DNA of 64,000 nt, taken from the NCBI GenBank assembly GCA_965223705.1, contig OZ245015.1, forward strand, positions 416,001 through 480,000. The letters are read 5' to 3'. The first letter of the stretch is position 1. The number at the start of each line of letters is the position of its first letter. Shown one piece after another: positions 48,427-59,474 of this stretch. The stretch is from Myxococcota bacterium. Lineage in GTDB: Bacteria; Myxococcota_A; UBA9160; UBA6930. Below the pieces are notes generated by a model that had not been told where the DNA came from, ran no database searches, and saw only the letters and a list, made by a program, of their open reading frames with translations. The translations under genes and the position numbers were made by a program.

Positions 48427-50139
48427 GTGCGGTTTTCCCAATCCTTCATTCCCACCCTGCGGGACGATCCGGCGGACGCCGAGGCGGTCAGCCACAAACT
48501 ATTGGTTCGTGCGGGATACGTCCGCCAGCTCATGTCCGGGGTGTATTCGCTACTCCCATTGGGCCAGCGCGTCGCGGAAAAGGTCGAACGCGTGATCCGA
48601 GAGGAGATGGATCGGATCGGCGGGCAGGAATTCAAGCTCCCGGCGCTTCACCCCGCCGAGGTCTGGCAGAAATCCGGCCGCTGGGACGCCATCGGCGAAG
48701 AGCTCATGCGGTTTACCGATCGCCACGGCACGGATGTCTGCCTCGGGATGACCCACGAGGAAATCTTCGCGTGGATCGCGCGGGAGCTCCGGTCGTATCG
48801 CCAGCTGCCCCAGCTCTGGTACCAGCTCCAGACGAAGTTTCGCGACGAGGCGCGGCCGAAATCGGGCCTCCTCCGCGTGCGCGAGTTCGTAATGAAGGAT
48901 TCATACTCCTTCGACCTCGATCGCGACGGATTGGACCAGCAGTTCCAGAGACACTTCGAAGCCTATCGGCGGATCTTCGATCGCTGCGGCCTCGATCCGC
49001 TGGCCGTCGAGGCGTCGTCGGGCGCGATGGGCGGCAGCGAGTCCATTGAATTCATGGTGCCGAGTGACGCGGGTGAAGACTGGATCGCCTCGTGCGGTGC
49101 GTGCGGCTACGCCGCGAACGTCGAGCGCGCGACGTCGCTCTTGCCGCGCGTCGAGGACGAGGCCGGGCCCGACGCACCGGAGAAGTTCGCCACGCCGGGG
49201 ATGCGGAGCATCGAGGACATCGCCGGCTTTCCGGGGGGCGCCGAGGCGTCCCGCCAGATCAAAACCCTCGTCTATGTCCTCGACGACGTCCTTCATCTGG
49301 TGCTGCTGCGCGGTGACCATCCGCTGAACGAGCAGAAACTCGCCGACGGTCTCGGCGCGACGGCGTGTCGCCCAGCCCACGCGGGGGAAATCGGGGAAGC
49401 GCTCGGTGCGAGCCCCGGAAGTCTCGGCGCCGTCGGCGTCACGGGTGTTCCCATCGTGGCCGACTTGGCGCTCGAGAATCGCACCGACATGACGACGGGC
49501 GCGAACGAAGACGATTTCCACCTCCGCGGCGTGTCCGTCGCGCGGGACATCGCGGTCGATCGTTGGCTCGACGTGCGCGAAGTCGCGGAGGGCGAACCGT
49601 GCCCCGCCTGTGAGAATCCGCTCGCGGTCGAGAAGACCATCGAAGTGGGCCACATCTTCAAGCTCGGAACGAAATACAGCGAGTCGCTCGGCGCGAACGT
49701 TCTCGACGAAGCCGGGGAATCGCGCCCCATCATCATGGGCTCCTACGGAATTGGCGTCGGCCGTACGCTCGCCGCCGTCCTCGAGCGACATCACGACAAC
49801 GCGGGCATGATCTGGCCCGTGACGATCGCTCCGTACGAAGTGGTGGTGTCCGTCCTCAACCCGAAGGACGTGGAGACGAGTCAGGCGGGGGAGCGGGTCT
49901 ATGAAGCGCTACAGGAGCGTCGGATCGACGTCTTGCTCGACGACCGCGACGAACGCCCCGGAGTGAAGTTCAAGGACGCCGACTTGATCGGAATCCCCCA
50001 CCGCATCACTGTGGGACCGAAAGGGCTCGCGAACGGCAAAGTCGAATGGGCGCGCCGCGGACGCGAAGGTCGGCGGGATCTCGACATCAACAAGGCGGCC
50101 GATCACGTCGCCGAGGCCGTGTTGGAGGACCGTCGCTGA
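48427..50139 (+). CDS. proS: proline--tRNA ligase (with INS editing domain)
   Basis: [52 protein letters not shown]. Confidence 0.97.
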   Translation: MRFSQSFIPTLRDDPADAEAVSHKLLVRAGYVRQLMSGVYSLLPLGQRVAEKVERVIREEMDRIGGQEFKLPALHPAEVWQKSGRWDAIGEELMRFTDRHGTDVCLGMTHEEIFAWIARELRSYRQLPQLWYQLQTKFRDEARPKSGLLRVREFVMKDSYSFDLDRDGLDQQFQRHFEAYRRIFDRCGLDPLAVEASSGAMGGSESIEFMVPSDAGEDWIASCGACGYAANVERATSLLPRVEDEAGPDAPEKFATPGMRSIEDIAGFPGGAEASRQIKTLVYVLDDVLHLVLLRGDHPLNEQKLADGLGATACRPAHAGEIGEALGASPGSLGAVGVTGVPIVADLALENRTDMTTGANEDDFHLRGVSVARDIAVDRWLDVREVAEGEPCPACENPLAVEKTIEVGHIFKLGTKYSESLGANVLDEAGESRPIIMGSYGIGVGRTLAAVLERHHDNAGMIWPVTIAPYEVVVSVLNPKDVETSQAGERVYEALQERRIDVLLDDRDERPGVKFKDADLIGIPHRITVGPKGLANGKVEWARRGREGRRDLDINKAADHVAEAVLEDRR

Positions 50140-50212
50140 TGCGTGCCCATGCCGTGTTGGAGGATCGTCGGTGATGCGTGCCCATGCCGTGTTGGAGGAT
50201 CGTCGGTGATGC
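50116..50212. repeat. Tandem repeat, ~2.8 x 35 bp (GCCGTGTTGGAGGATCGTCGGTGATGCGTGCCCAT), spanning the proS stop and the next start
   Basis: Copies at 50116-50150 (2 mismatches), 50151-50185 and 50186-50212 (partial). Confidence 0.95.
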
Positions 50213-51264
50213 ATTTCGGAGTCGCGTTCGCCTCGAAGATTCGAGATTTCGAGCACGTCAAGCTCGCCGAACAGTTGGGTTACGACCACGCGTGGTTCTT
50301 CGATTCCCAGATGATCTACTCCGACGTGTACGCGACGATGGCCCTGGCGGCGCATCACACGTCGACGATTCGGTTGGGGACGGGGGTCGCGGTCCCCACG
50401 ACGCGCCTCGCTCCGACGGTCGCGCATTCGATCGCGACGATTCATGAGCTCGCACCGGGTCGGGTGGAGCTCGGCGTCGGTACCGGCAACACGGCGCGCC
50501 TGACGATGGGCTTCCGGCCGATCACCCTCGGCAAGATGAAGGAGGAGATCGCGATCATCCGCGCACTTCTCCGCGGAGAGGAAGCGACGCTCACCTTGGA
50601 CGGCGAATCGCATCCGATCAAACTCCTGCACCCGCGCGGCGGCTTCATCAACATCGAAACGCCGATCCCGATTTCGGTCTCGGCCTTCGGCCCCAAGACG
50701 CTCGCCTACTGCGGGGCGGAGACCGACGGCCACATTACCTGGGGCGTCAGTCCGGACGAGCTGCGCGAGAGCCGCAAGCTTCTCGCAGAGGCGGCGCAAG
50801 GAGCCGGTCGGGACCCCGCCGAGGTTCCGAGCAAAGGCATCTTCCCGCTCGCGGTGCTCGGCGACGGCGAAACCTCGGGGTCACAGAGAGTTCTCAACTC
50901 ACTCGAAAGCTTCATCACGAACTTCCTCCACGTCCAGGTAGAATGGGGCGAGGAATTGCTCAGTGCCGAAGGCCCGGTGGGGGAGTGGATTGCGCGCTAC
51001 CGAGAGCACGCACTGAAGCTCCCGAAAGATCGCGCGCACCTGACGCTGCACGAAGGCCACTTGGTCTACGCGCGCGAAGAGGAGCGCGAATTCATCGTGC
51101 CCGAGTTGGCCGAAGCGGTGGCCATGATCGGCGAACCCGACGCGCTCATCGAACGCATTCGCGCGCTCGAAGCCGCTGGCCTCAGCCACTTCTCATTCCA
51201 GGTCACCGACGACCCGAAACGGCAGATCGAGGATTTCGCGAGGGGCGTCATCGAGCGCTACTAG
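50209..51264 (+). CDS. LLM-class (luciferase-like) flavin/F420-dependent oxidoreductase
   Basis: AEQLGYDHAWFFDS, TSTIRLGTGV, APGRVELGVGTG, SAFGPKTL. Confidence 0.88.
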   Translation: MHFGVAFASKIRDFEHVKLAEQLGYDHAWFFDSQMIYSDVYATMALAAHHTSTIRLGTGVAVPTTRLAPTVAHSIATIHELAPGRVELGVGTGNTARLTMGFRPITLGKMKEEIAIIRALLRGEEATLTLDGESHPIKLLHPRGGFINIETPIPISVSAFGPKTLAYCGAETDGHITWGVSPDELRESRKLLAEAAQGAGRDPAEVPSKGIFPLAVLGDGETSGSQRVLNSLESFITNFLHVQVEWGEELLSAEGPVGEWIARYREHALKLPKDRAHLTLHEGHLVYAREEEREFIVPELAEAVAMIGEPDALIERIRALEAAGLSHFSFQVTDDPKRQIEDFARGVIERY

Positions 51265-52274
51265 AGCGTGTCGGGCGCGTTCCCTTCGAGCGGCTCTCCG
51301 AGCGCTTCCCGGGCGAGCTCGAGATTGCGGATTACACGCAACACACCTTCGCCTCGCACCGACAGAGCCTTCTCATAGGACGCGATCGCGAGACCGTAGT
51401 CGCCGCGAAGGTACTGGGCGTAGCCCAAGTTGTTGTGGGCTTCGGGCTCGGTCGCGATCTCTTGAAACACCTCGAGCGCTTCCTGGTCGTTGCCGGAAAG
51501 CGCGAGGGCGAGGCCCAGGTTGTTTCGCAGAGCGGGATCCCGCGGCTCGAGAACAATGGCGCGCTCGAGATGCGGAACCGCTCGCGCGGGCTCGCCGGAC
51601 AGCATGAACGAGACCGCGAGGTTGTTCGGAATCGAGTAGTCCGACGGACGTAGCTCCGCGGCGATCAAGTACGACTCCTGCGCGGCGCCGTGCTCGCCGG
51701 CGCGGTCGTAGATCACGCCGAGAATGCACCGCGGTGTCGCGGCGTTCGGGTCGAGCTCGATCGCTTGGAATAGCTCTTCTCGCGCCTCGTCGAGCTTGTC
51801 TTGCGCGAGAAACGCCAGCGCGAGACCCGAGTGAAGGCTCGATTGCCCGGGTCGACTCGAGATGAGCTCTTCGAGGATCATCTGCGCGCGCTCGGGTTCG
51901 CGACGAAGGTGAAGCAGCGCGACGCGCTCGACGGGCGCGATGTTGTTGTGATCCGCACGATAGGCCTGGAGATACGAGAAGAGAGCCGCGGCGAGTTCGC
52001 CGCTGTCGCGTTTCTGATCGCCCTCGGCCATGAGATTGACCGGGTCGGGCAGGGACTCGCGCTTCGCTTCTCGATCGCGGTCCGAGATCGCCTGCTGCTC
52101 CGCGCGCGCCTGGCGATACGACTCGATGGCCGCGGCGGCGCGATCACTCGAAGCGGTGGGCGCGTACGCCACAGGCGCGGTTTGGCAAGCCGAAAGGGTG
52201 GCGATAGCTCCGAGGGCGACAAACGAGCGCCACCGGGCAACCGATACAACGATCTTGGTCAGCAACATTCCCAT
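51261..52274 (-). CDS. TPR-repeat lipoprotein (TadD-like pilotin)
   Basis: Lipobox LSAC, repeated NNLG TPR motifs, last gene of the tad operon. Confidence 0.78.
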   Translation of the reverse strand: MGMLLTKIVVSVARWRSFVALGAIATLSACQTAPVAYAPTASSDRAAAAIESYRQARAEQQAISDRDREAKRESLPDPVNLMAEGDQKRDSGELAAALFSYLQAYRADHNNIAPVERVALLHLRREPERAQMILEELISSRPGQSSLHSGLALAFLAQDKLDEAREELFQAIELDPNAATPRCILGVIYDRAGEHGAAQESYLIAAELRPSDYSIPNNLAVSFMLSGEPARAVPHLERAIVLEPRDPALRNNLGLALALSGNDQEALEVFQEIATEPEAHNNLGYAQYLRGDYGLAIASYEKALSVRGEGVLRVIRNLELAREALGEPLEGNAPDTL

Positions 52275-52308
52275 TCCCCTAAACAAGCAGTTCCAAGCGC
52301 TTTTCGGA

Positions 52309-53229
52309 CTACTGTCCGGCGAGCGCAGAGATCAGCTTCAGAATCCCAGGTCCCGCGATGAAGATCAGCGTCGCGGGGAAAATCAATGCACCCGCCGGGA
52401 AGAGCATCTTGACCGGCGCTTTGGCGGCGGCTTCTTCGGCGATTTGGATGCGACGCTTGCGCATCCCGTCAGCGTGAACGCGCAAGGCGTCGGCGACGCT
52501 CGTCCCGAAGCGTTCGGTTTGGATCAGCATCGCCGTGAGCGAACTCACTTCGGACACGCCGGTTCGTTCGGCGAGGGCGCGCAGCGCGTCGACATTGGAC
52601 TTGCCGGCCTGGACTTCCAGGGACACCAACTCGAGTTCTTCGGCGAGTACCCGGCGCGAGGAGCCGAACTCGTTGGCGACGCGGGACAGTCCGGCCGTCA
52701 GGCCGAGACCCGACTCGACGCAGACCACCATCAAATCGAGCGCGTCCGGCAGCGCGTGCTCGATCTCGAGTTGTCGTCGGCGAACGCGGCGATCGAGAAG
52801 AAAGCTCGGGAGGACCAGGCCGCAGCCCGCTGCGAGCGCCATCGCGAACCCCGCGCGCGCCGGACTGAGGTCACCGTAGAAGGGCATGTTGGCGAGCAGA
52901 AGCGGTACGAGGACCGCCAGCGCCAGTCGAAGGCCGAAGTAGATCTGAACGGCGCCGGGCCGCCGGTAGCCCGCGTGGACCAGTCGTTTCCGCGCTTTCG
53001 ATGCGGAGGGGTCGTTCGGATCGGCGCGTTTACCGAGCCTCGCCAGGAAACGCGAGACGACGTTCGTTCGCTCCCTGAGAAGGAGGCTCGAATCGAGCGG
53101 CGCGCTGCCACCGAGTCGCCGAAGGCGCGCGAGTCGCGCGTTGACGGCGTCGGTTTTCGCCAGCAAAGAAATTCCCACGATGAGGAACGCCGCCGCGAGG
53201 AAACTCAAGATCGAGATGACGATGACCAT
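52309..53229 (-). CDS. tadC: Tad pilus inner-membrane platform protein TadC
   Basis: LPDALDLMVVCVESGLG, QTERFGTS, AEEAAAKAPVKMLFP. Confidence 0.92.
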   Translation of the reverse strand: MVIVISILSFLAAAFLIVGISLLAKTDAVNARLARLRRLGGSAPLDSSLLLRERTNVVSRFLARLGKRADPNDPSASKARKRLVHAGYRRPGAVQIYFGLRLALAVLVPLLLANMPFYGDLSPARAGFAMALAAGCGLVLPSFLLDRRVRRRQLEIEHALPDALDLMVVCVESGLGLTAGLSRVANEFGSSRRVLAEELELVSLEVQAGKSNVDALRALAERTGVSEVSSLTAMLIQTERFGTSVADALRVHADGMRKRRIQIAEEAAAKAPVKMLFPAGALIFPATLIFIAGPGILKLISALAGQ

Positions 53230-53238
53230 GGCGAGCCT

Positions 53239-54252
53239 CTAGATCCTGACCACGCCGAGGCGTCGGCAGAGGGCGTATCCCACCAGCACCATGAGCGTCG
53301 CGAGGCCGGCGATCACACGCCCCGGTACGGTTTCGAAAAGCGGCGCGACGTAGTCCGGCCGCATCAACTTCATCATCAACACGAAGGCGAATGGAGCGAG
53401 GAGCAGGACGTTGGCCGACCAACGGGTCTGCGCGGTCAGCGATTTGATCTTGCCCTCGGTGCCGTGACGTTCGCGAATGACGGCGGCCAGGCTGTCGACG
53501 ATCTCGGCGAGGTTGCCGCCGGTCTCGCGCTGGATCATCAAGGCCGTCACGAAGAAGGGGAGGTCCGGAACGTCGATGCGATGTGCGAGGTTCGAGAGGG
53601 CCGCCGGCACGTCAAGTCCGAGTCGGATCTCCTCGGCAATGAGAGCGAACTCCGTTCCGACAGGATCACTCAGTTCGTCTCCAACCATTTGTAGGCTCGG
53701 CGTCACGGCGTGTCCGGCGCGAAGCGCTCGCGACAGGAGTTCGAGCGCGTCGGGCATCATCCGTTCAAAGCGCCGCATGCGCGCGTGCTTGCGACGCCAC
53801 ACCCAGAGGAGCGGGAGAAGCCCCGAAGCGAGCAGCGCCACGGCCATGCGAGGATCGGACAAGACGACCCACCCGATGAAGCCGCCACCCAGGCAAAGGG
53901 CCAGGGAGAGCCACAGGAACTCGGGGACGCGCAGCGGACGGCCGGCGCGGTATAGGAGCAGGTTCAGTTGTTCGAGAAGCGGGAGACGGGCGCTCCAGCC
54001 GGAGGTCATGCCCCATTCTTCGCGCAAGATGCTGGTCTTGTCCGCGGCTTGTTCTGAACGGAGTCGGGTGGCGAGATCCGTCAAGCGGGCCCTCGCGCGC
54101 CCTCCGCGCCGCACCCGGAACGCATCGATCGCCAGCATCAGGAACTCGACGAACATGAACGTCGAGAGCAAGATCAAGCCGTAGATGATGAGCTTGTGGT
54201 GCGCACGAGGTAGCAGCGCCGCAAGGTCGAAGATGCCCCACCAATCCGACAT
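53239..54252 (-). CDS. tadB: Tad pilus inner-membrane platform protein TadB
   Basis: PDALELLSRALRAGH, IQRETGGNLAEI, VIRER. Confidence 0.92.
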   Translation of the reverse strand: MSDWWGIFDLAALLPRAHHKLIIYGLILLSTFMFVEFLMLAIDAFRVRRGGRARARLTDLATRLRSEQAADKTSILREEWGMTSGWSARLPLLEQLNLLLYRAGRPLRVPEFLWLSLALCLGGGFIGWVVLSDPRMAVALLASGLLPLLWVWRRKHARMRRFERMMPDALELLSRALRAGHAVTPSLQMVGDELSDPVGTEFALIAEEIRLGLDVPAALSNLAHRIDVPDLPFFVTALMIQRETGGNLAEIVDSLAAVIRERHGTEGKIKSLTAQTRWSANVLLLAPFAFVLMMKLMRPDYVAPLFETVPGRVIAGLATLMVLVGYALCRRLGVVRI

Positions 54253-54254
54253 GA

Positions 54255-55613
54255 CTAGTCGCCCCGCGCGAAGAACAAATCGTGGCGCAGCGAGATGCCC
54301 GCCGCGGCGAGCTTCTCGACGAATCGCGGTCGCACGCCGGTGGGCGAGAGCTCGCCGAGAACTTGTCCCTTCTCGCCGGTTCCGGTGCGTTCGAAGCGGA
54401 AGATCTCTTGGGTGGTTACGACCGGACCTTCCATCCCGGTGATCTCGTGCATGCTGACAAGCCGCCTGGAACCGTCCGGCAAGCGGGAGAGCTGGACGAC
54501 GAGTTCGATGGCCGACGCGATCTGCTCTCGGACCGCCGATTGCGGGATGTCGAGTCCGCTCATGGCGACCATCGTCTCGACGCGGGAAATCGCGTCTCGC
54601 GGGCTGTTCGCGTGAATCGTGGTGAGCGATCCGTCGTGACCCGTGTTCATGGCCTGCAGCATGTCGAGGGCCTCAGACCCGCGGACCTCGCCGACGATGA
54701 TCCGGTCGGGGCGCATCCGAAGACTGTTGATCAAGAGCTCGCGTTGTGTGATCTGCCCGCGGCCTTCGACGTTCGGAGGGCGCGTTTCGAGTCGCACGAC
54801 GTGCCGCTGCTGGAGCTGCAGTTCCGCGGAGTCCTCGATGGTGACGATCCGCTCGGTCTCGCCGATGAAGCGCGAGAGCACGTTCAGCAGCGTCGTCTTG
54901 CCGGCGCCCGTTCCGCCGGACACGACGATGTTGAGCCGGGCGCCCACCGCCGCTTCCAGCAGCTCGACGACTTCCTCGGTGAGGCTTCCGTTCGCGATCA
55001 GTTCGCGCTCGCCCAACCGATCCGCACCAAAACGCCGAATCGAAAGGACGGGGCCGTCGATCGCCAAGGGCGGGATGATCGCGTTGACGCGCGATCCGTC
55101 GGCGAGCCGCGCATCGACCATCGGCGAGGTTTCGTCGACGCGTCGCCCGACCCCGGAGACGATCTTGTCGATAATCCGCATCAGGTGGTCGTCATCTTTG
55201 AACCGCGCGACGGTCTCTTCCAGCCGGCCGGAACGTTCGACGTAGATCTGGTCGAAACGATTGACGAGGACGTCGTCGACGGTCGGGTCCTGGAGCAACG
55301 GCTCGAGGGGGCCCAAGCCGAAGATCTCGTCTTTGACTTCGTCGACGACCCGATCGCGCTCCTGTCGCGTCAGAGGAACGTTTTCCTTTTCGAGGATCTT
55401 CTCGATGACGCGCTGAATGTCGGAACCGACCTGTTCGGCACTGGTCTCCGCGAGACGTGTCAGATCGATGTGCTCAAAGAGGCTGTTGTGAAGCCGCGAC
55501 TTGAGCTCCTGGTACTCGATCCGACGGATGCGGGCATCTTGCTCGTAGCGCCCTCCGTCAGCAGAGGAGACGAGCTCCAGACGGCGGCTGCGAAGGCGTT
55601 CAATGAGAGCCAT
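54255..55613 (-). CDS. cpaF: Tad pilus assembly ATPase CpaF/TadA
   Basis: [53 protein letters not shown]. Confidence 0.95.
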   Translation of the reverse strand: MALIERLRSRRLELVSSADGGRYEQDARIRRIEYQELKSRLHNSLFEHIDLTRLAETSAEQVGSDIQRVIEKILEKENVPLTRQERDRVVDEVKDEIFGLGPLEPLLQDPTVDDVLVNRFDQIYVERSGRLEETVARFKDDDHLMRIIDKIVSGVGRRVDETSPMVDARLADGSRVNAIIPPLAIDGPVLSIRRFGADRLGERELIANGSLTEEVVELLEAAVGARLNIVVSGGTGAGKTTLLNVLSRFIGETERIVTIEDSAELQLQQRHVVRLETRPPNVEGRGQITQRELLINSLRMRPDRIIVGEVRGSEALDMLQAMNTGHDGSLTTIHANSPRDAISRVETMVAMSGLDIPQSAVREQIASAIELVVQLSRLPDGSRRLVSMHEITGMEGPVVTTQEIFRFERTGTGEKGQVLGELSPTGVRPRFVEKLAAAGISLRHDLFFARGD

Positions 55614-56796
55614 GGAGTGCTCGCTTTAGGTAACCGCGGAGACCCTTCCGCGCGGTGGTGTCTTGAGTGTCTCCGCGACCGGAGAAGCCGCGGACAGCGC
55701 TCGCGAGTTCCTCGAAAGCTCCTGCGAGCCGGCTGCGGGGTGCCGCTTCGATGAGGGACTTTCCGTAGCTCACACACTCTCGCGCGGCTTCGAAGTCGTT
55801 CGGGAGCTTCGCGTCGAAGCTTCGCTCGAGGAACTCCGTCAAGTCGCGTTCGCTGACCGAGTTCTTGTCGCTGTCGCGGTTCAACACGAGCCGAATCTTC
55901 GAGGCCGGGAATCCGATTCGTTCCAGGAGCTCGATTCGTCGGCGCGTGTGGTGGAGTGTCGGAATGCACGCGTTCGTCACCAGCAACAGCGTGTCGAGGC
56001 GGTCGAGCGCCCGTAGCGTGACGTCGTCGAAATCCCGAGAGAGGTCGAAGAGGAGCCAATCGGCTTCTTCCCCAAGCACCTCGACCACGGTGTCGACGTG
56101 GCGTCCGCTGACGAGTTCGCCGTCCTCCATCTGTCGCGGCGCAGCGAGGATCGAGACGCCCGACGCGTGGCTATGGAGGATCGTTTTGAGATACGCCCCG
56201 TCGATTTCGCCCGTTCGTTTCGCGACGTCGGCGATGGTGTAGGCCGGATCGAGATCGAAGTAGAGGCTCACGTCTCCCTGCCGGAGGTCGAGATCGCAGA
56301 GCGTCACCCGATCGCCCGATCGACGCAGGGCCGTCGCGAGCTGGCAAGTCACGAACGTGCTCCCGGTGCCGCCCTTGGTCCCCATGACGCCGATGATGCT
56401 CGCCTTCGAGCCCGAGCCTCCTCCGAGCCCGAGCGAATCTTCGACGCCGCGCACCGAAGCGCGCAGCTCACGGATTCCCGCGCTGTTCGGGAGGTATTCC
56501 CGCGCGCCGGTGCGCATCGCCCGCAGGATGAGCTGGCTGTCGTCCTCGGGGCCGACGACTACGATGGTCGGGCGCGGAGCCGCGAGGCCTTCGACCGCGC
56601 GCAAGACCGCGTCGGCCTGCGCACCGAGACCCACGAGAAGCGCTTGCGGCGCTTCTTCTGCGACGCGCCGCACGAGCTCGTTCGGGAGCGCAACGGTCGC
56701 GTGCCGCTCCGCCGGCTGGTCGCCAGAGACGGCTTCCAGCAGGCGCGCCGTAAGCCCCGCGTCATCCGCGCAAATCACCCACGAGATTTCAGACAT
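55600..56796 (-). CDS. cpaE: CpaE/TadZ (atypical receiver domain plus MinD-like ATPase)
   Basis: [19 protein letters not shown] deviant Walker [14 protein letters not shown]. Confidence 0.88.
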   Translation of the reverse strand: MSEISWVICADDAGLTARLLEAVSGDQPAERHATVALPNELVRRVAEEAPQALLVGLGAQADAVLRAVEGLAAPRPTIVVVGPEDDSQLILRAMRTGAREYLPNSAGIRELRASVRGVEDSLGLGGGSGSKASIIGVMGTKGGTGSTFVTCQLATALRRSGDRVTLCDLDLRQGDVSLYFDLDPAYTIADVAKRTGEIDGAYLKTILHSHASGVSILAAPRQMEDGELVSGRHVDTVVEVLGEEADWLLFDLSRDFDDVTLRALDRLDTLLLVTNACIPTLHHTRRRIELLERIGFPASKIRLVLNRDSDKNSVSERDLTEFLERSFDAKLPNDFEAARECVSYGKSLIEAAPRSRLAGAFEELASAVRGFSGRGDTQDTTARKGLRGYLKRALHGSH

Positions 56797-56820
56797 GCCA
56801 GTCTCCCACACCGAATCGAG

Positions 56821-57108
56821 TTATCGGCCGACGCCGATCACGTTGACGGTGGAACGATTCTTCGACGGTCGCCGGTGCTCCTGAGCGTCCTGGCCTTTTT
56901 CGTAGTTCTTGATTACGTGCTCGGCGCTCTTCGCATCGAGACCCTGATGCGCTTCTTGGAAGCCCGCATTGGGGTTCTCGACCATTCGCTCGTGAGCGGC
57001 GCGCGTCGAGTCTCCCCAGGTCTTGTCGAGCCGCGTCGGGGCGTCGCTTGCGCACGCCGTTGCGAACGCGAACAGAAAAACAGATGCCGTCGTCAGAAAG
57101 AGGCGCAT
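56821..57108 (-). CDS. small Tad-associated lipoprotein
   Basis: Lipobox ATAC; WGDS...NPNA...GLDA; lies between cpaC and cpaE. Confidence 0.75.
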   Translation of the reverse strand: MRLFLTTASVFLFAFATACASDAPTRLDKTWGDSTRAAHERMVENPNAGFQEAHQGLDAKSAEHVIKNYEKGQDAQEHRRPSKNRSTVNVIGVGR

Positions 57109-58614
57109 TTACGGAAGCTCCTTTTCCGCCTCGGCGATCGACAGGCGGTGGCCCGTCTTCCCGAACATTCCGCTCGGGGTCGTATCGGCGGTCTCGGAGG
57201 AACCGCTGTCGCGGCCCTCCATCGCATTCGTCAGGTAGAACTCGTAGTCGCTCGGCTCGACAAAGTTGTCCGTGGGCAGAGCGGGGCGGTCGCCGTCGAG
57301 CGGTTTCACCAGTCGCGGGCGCACGATCATGACGAGCTCCGTCTCTTCGCGTCGGTACTGCTTGCTCCGGAAAAGCGTGCCGAGAACCGGGATGTCGCCG
57401 AGCACCGGGTACTGGCTCGCGGCCTCGCGCACGTCATCCGAGAGAAGTCCCGCGATGGCGAACGCCTGGCCGTCGCCGAGCTCGACGCCCGTCGACGCGC
57501 GACGGGTTCGGAAACCCGGGACCGTGCTTCCGGCCACCGCGGTTCCCAAGGTGAAGTCGGGCTCGCTGACTTCGGGCGTGATCTCCATGTGGATCCGGTT
57601 CGCGTCGAGCACCGTCGGCGTGAACTCGACGCCGATGCCGAACTGCTTGAAGCGGATCGTGATGGAGTTGAAACCGCCGCCTTGGGCGATCGGGATCGGG
57701 ACTTCGCCGCCGACCAGGAAGTTCGAGGACTGGCCGCTGCGGGCGACCAGCGTCGGTTCCGCGAGGATCTTCACCAGTCCGCGACCCTTCAAGAAGTTGA
57801 GGAGCAGGTCGTAGCGAGCGTTCGCCCCGTCGAAGGCGGAAAGAAGGAGGTTCACCCGATCGTTGAAGAGGAGCGCTCCGTTGCTGAAGTCGTCCGTCAG
57901 TTCGAGACGAGACAGGCTGTCCTGAAAATTGAAGGCCTGGAAGCCCGTGTCGCCGCGGAGATCTTGGACGGCGAAATTCGTCTCCATCTCCCGCGTGAAG
58001 GTCCGGGACATTTCCGCGATCGTGACTTCGATCATGACCTGCTGGTTGCTACCGACCTCGAGGAGGTTGATGATCTGGCCTTCGCCCTTCTTCTCCGGCA
58101 TGAGCGCCGCAGCCACGCGGAGGGCGCGGTCGACATCGGCGGCGCCGTCGACGCTGCCTTTCAGGACGATCGAGTTGCCGACGCTCTGCACGCGGATATC
58201 GTCCGCCGACATCACTTCGCGAAGGGTCGATTCCACCGCGCCGTGGGCGCGGCCGACGATGAGCTCGATAATCGACTGTGCGCGACCGGCGCGATCCCAG
58301 AGGATCACGTTTGTCTCGCCCACCGATCGGGTTACGAGATTGATCTCGCGCGAACCCAACACGACGAAGTCCGCGATTTCCGGGTCGGCGATCGAGACGC
58401 GCTTGACGGCGTAGTCGGTCCGCAGCAGGGCGCTCTTGCCGACCTGGAGGTTCAGGGAGCGCAACTGGCGCCCGCGGTCGCCTCCGTTGAGCTCGACCGT
58501 GGAGCTTCCCGCGCTCGTCGTGAACGCATGGTTCTCGGCGATCGCGCCGCTTGCGAGCAGGCAGGTTACGGCGAGGACAATTCCTGCGCGGAGTAGCTTG
58601 GTTCGAAGTGTCAT
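57109..58614 (-). CDS. cpaC: Tad secretin CpaC/RcpA
   Basis: RVSIADPEIAD, BON-like region, LAEPTLVARSGQ, FLVGGEVPIP, LGDIPVLGTLFRS, ETELV. Confidence 0.93.
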   Translation of the reverse strand: MTLRTKLLRAGIVLAVTCLLASGAIAENHAFTTSAGSSTVELNGGDRGRQLRSLNLQVGKSALLRTDYAVKRVSIADPEIADFVVLGSREINLVTRSVGETNVILWDRAGRAQSIIELIVGRAHGAVESTLREVMSADDIRVQSVGNSIVLKGSVDGAADVDRALRVAAALMPEKKGEGQIINLLEVGSNQQVMIEVTIAEMSRTFTREMETNFAVQDLRGDTGFQAFNFQDSLSRLELTDDFSNGALLFNDRVNLLLSAFDGANARYDLLLNFLKGRGLVKILAEPTLVARSGQSSNFLVGGEVPIPIAQGGGFNSITIRFKQFGIGVEFTPTVLDANRIHMEITPEVSEPDFTLGTAVAGSTVPGFRTRRASTGVELGDGQAFAIAGLLSDDVREAASQYPVLGDIPVLGTLFRSKQYRREETELVMIVRPRLVKPLDGDRPALPTDNFVEPSDYEFYLTNAMEGRDSGSSETADTTPSGMFGKTGHRLSIAEAEKELP

Positions 58615-58640
58615 GATGGCTCCGTCATCCGCCCGCGCGG

Positions 58641-59459
58641 CTAGTTTCCGTACTCGGAGCGCGAGCGCTCCGTGCCTTTGATGATTTCGATGAATTCTTT
58701 CTGCACGTTGCGCTTCTTCTTCACCGGGCGCGGTTGCGCCTTCTTCTTCGCGGCTCCGTACAGGTCTCCCGCGCGAACCGCCTGGGTCTTCACGACTTCT
58801 TCGTCACCGGGGTTGCGCAGGGCGAGCTGGAGGCGCCCTTCGTGGGCGGCGTGGATCAAGCGCTCGGCGTTCTGAGGTTCGACCTCGAGCGTCACGACGT
58901 TGACGACCTTCGGTTCGCCGTCGGTCGTGTCTTCCAGCGCTTGGTCGACGGCGAGGACGCGGACATCCTGCAGTACGACCTTGGAGAAGTGCTGGTTGTC
59001 GGATCGGCGAAGCGTGGCCAACACGTCGACGCGCGTCCCGGGCTTGATGAAGCCGGCGACGCCGATCACGGCGTCGACCTTGACGGAGACCGCGCGGTGG
59101 CCTTCACCGATCATCGATACGAGACCGGACACCGCTCCTTCGGGCAGCAACAGCGACGGGAAGATCGGGTCGCCTTCCGAGAGCGGGTGGCGCAGCACGC
59201 GCCCGTTGAGTTCGGCCTTGCTTCCGAACGCCTTCTTCGGCGCGTGCGTCTCGGGCCATTCGACGAGTCGGATGTCATCGGCACCGATTGCGGTGCCGAC
59301 CGGAAGGTCGTGCGCGGCGAGGGCGACTTCGACGAGCCCGATCTCTTCCAAGACCGGTGCGGCTGCCGCTTTAGCCAAGTAGGTGCGCGTCAGGCCCATG
59401 GCTGCGAACCCAAAGACCACGGCGAGGACCAAGAACAAGAGGGAGCGTCGGTTCAACAT
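58641..59459 (-). CDS. cpaB: Flp pilus assembly protein CpaB/RcpC
   Basis: SAF domain, GHRAVSV, GVAGFIKPGTRVDV, LQDVRVLAVDQ, LALRN. Confidence 0.93.
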   Translation of the reverse strand: MLNRRSLLFLVLAVVFGFAAMGLTRTYLAKAAAAPVLEEIGLVEVALAAHDLPVGTAIGADDIRLVEWPETHAPKKAFGSKAELNGRVLRHPLSEGDPIFPSLLLPEGAVSGLVSMIGEGHRAVSVKVDAVIGVAGFIKPGTRVDVLATLRRSDNQHFSKVVLQDVRVLAVDQALEDTTDGEPKVVNVVTLEVEPQNAERLIHAAHEGRLQLALRNPGDEEVVKTQAVRAGDLYGAAKKKAQPRPVKKKRNVQKEFIEIIKGTERSRSEYGN

Positions 59460-59474
59460 CGGAAGTCCTTACAG

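Noticed and set aside
50116..50212. CRISPR array (35-bp repeats)
   Set aside because: No unique spacers; the unit derives from the proS 3' end
56098..58596. Long opposite-strand ORFs (this 832-aa ORF, also 21080..23260, 5713..7320, 43055..44626, 28415..29986)
   Set aside because: They are antisense shadows of well-supported genes, typical of high-GC DNA, with no recognisable motifs
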